Assembly: GCF_009557235.1 (NCBI RefSeq)
Contig: NZ_CP045650.1
Span: 570,001-602,000, forward strand
Length of the DNA stretch: 32,000 bases
Direction of reading: 5' to 3'
Source: Acinetobacter wanghuae
Lineage (GTDB): Bacteria; Pseudomonadota; Gammaproteobacteria; Pseudomonadales; Moraxellaceae
Shown here: piece after piece, positions 31,283 through 32,000 of the stretch
Position numbering within the stretch: the first letter of the stretch is position 1
Layout: each line of letters opens with the position of its first letter
Made by a program: the position numbers and the translations under genes
Notes under the pieces: generated by a model
Databases searched by the model: none
What the model was told of the DNA's origin: nothing
Seen by the model: only the letters and a program-made list of their open reading frames with translations

Positions 31283-32000
31283 ATGCGACGTTTATCGACT
31301 CAAGATCAAAATTTTAAACAAGTCTTTGCCGATTTGTTGGCTTTTGAAACTGTGAGTGACCCAGAACTTTTAAAAACCGTAGATCAAATCATTGCTGATG
31401 TTCGTCAGCATGGTGATGCTCATGTTCTTAAACTCACACAACAGTTCGATCGACATCCAGCGCATCAATTTTCTGAGCTAGAACTGACTCAAGAACAATT
31501 AAAAATAGCATTTGAAGGTTTAACGCCCGAAGTGCGTGAAGCGTTAGAGCTTGCAGCAAACCGTGTGCGTGAGTTCCATCAAGCGCAAAAGCAAGATGGT
31601 TGGACTTATGTGGATGCTTTGGGCAATACCTTAGGTCAAAAAGTCACACCGCTCGATCGTGTTGGTATTTATGTGCCGGGTGGTTTAGCGTCTTATCCAT
31701 CATCCGTTTTAATGAATGCTGTTCCTGCGCATGTGGCAGGTGTTTCTGAAATTATTATGGTTGTTCCTGCACCGAATGGTGATTTAAATCCATTGGTCTT
31801 GGCGGCTGCGTATTTGGCAGGCGTGCATCGCGTATTCACCATTGGTGGCGCACAAGCGGTTGCCGCACTCGCTTACGGTACAGAAACCATTCCTCGTGTG
31901 GATAAAATTACTGGTCCGGGCAACCGCTTTGTTGCTGCGGCGAAACGTGCAGTATTCGGTCAAGTCGGCATTGATATGATTGCTGGACCTTCAGAAATTT
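31283..32000 (+). CDS. hisD: Histidinol dehydrogenase (N-terminal ~239 codons; runs off the right edge)
   Basis: Translation from the ATG at 31283 reads [22 protein letters not shown]...[23 protein letters not shown]...[54 protein letters not shown], which are classic HisD motifs. It is absent from the ORF track because no stop lies in the window. Confidence 0.93.
   Translation, partial: MRRLSTQDQNFKQVFADLLAFETVSDPELLKTVDQIIADVRQHGDAHVLKLTQQFDRHPAHQFSELELTQEQLKIAFEGLTPEVREALELAANRVREFHQAQKQDGWTYVDALGNTLGQKVTPLDRVGIYVPGGLASYPSSVLMNAVPAHVAGVSEIIMVVPAPNGDLNPLVLAAAYLAGVHRVFTIGGAQAVAALAYGTETIPRVDKITGPGNRFVAAAKRAVFGQVGIDMIAGPSEI

Overview
The window looks like core chromosome from an AT-rich Acinetobacter-type (Moraxellaceae) gammaproteobacterium. 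The assignment rests on 16S signatures and gene content, judged by eye only. Gene order: rho (partial) and trxA on the minus strand; a tightly packed ppx-accA-tilS-proC-yggT block on the plus strand; polA (-); a 906-aa polytopic membrane protein (+); an uncharacterised 286-aa gene coupled to an MscS-family channel (-); an orphan gspE (+); ohr, a C-N hydrolase, a long STAS protein, a receiver-like/PP2C phosphatase and a VacJ/MlaA homologue (all -); a complete rrn operon (16S, tRNA-Ile-GAT, tRNA-Ala-TGC, 23S, 5S) with tandem promoters; then rpoN, hpf, ibaG, murA, hisG and hisD (partial) on the plus strand. I saw no CRISPR array, IS element, integrase, prophage or toxin-antitoxin signature. I cannot point to a clear-cut novel multi-gene system. 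The best candidates for uncharacterised biology are: (1) an RssB/RssC-like partner-switching pair with a degenerate receiver domain, next to a cysteine-free MlaA, in a genus reported to lack RpoS; (2) the unknown-gene/MscS pair; (3) the giant DUF2339-like membrane protein; (4) a hairpin-plus-tail repeat family in convergent intergenic gaps; (5) a perfect 9+9 palindrome filling the spacer of the proximal rRNA promoter. All homology calls come from reading the translations and from memory of family motifs, with no searches run. RNA and regulatory-site coordinates are good to a few nucleotides.
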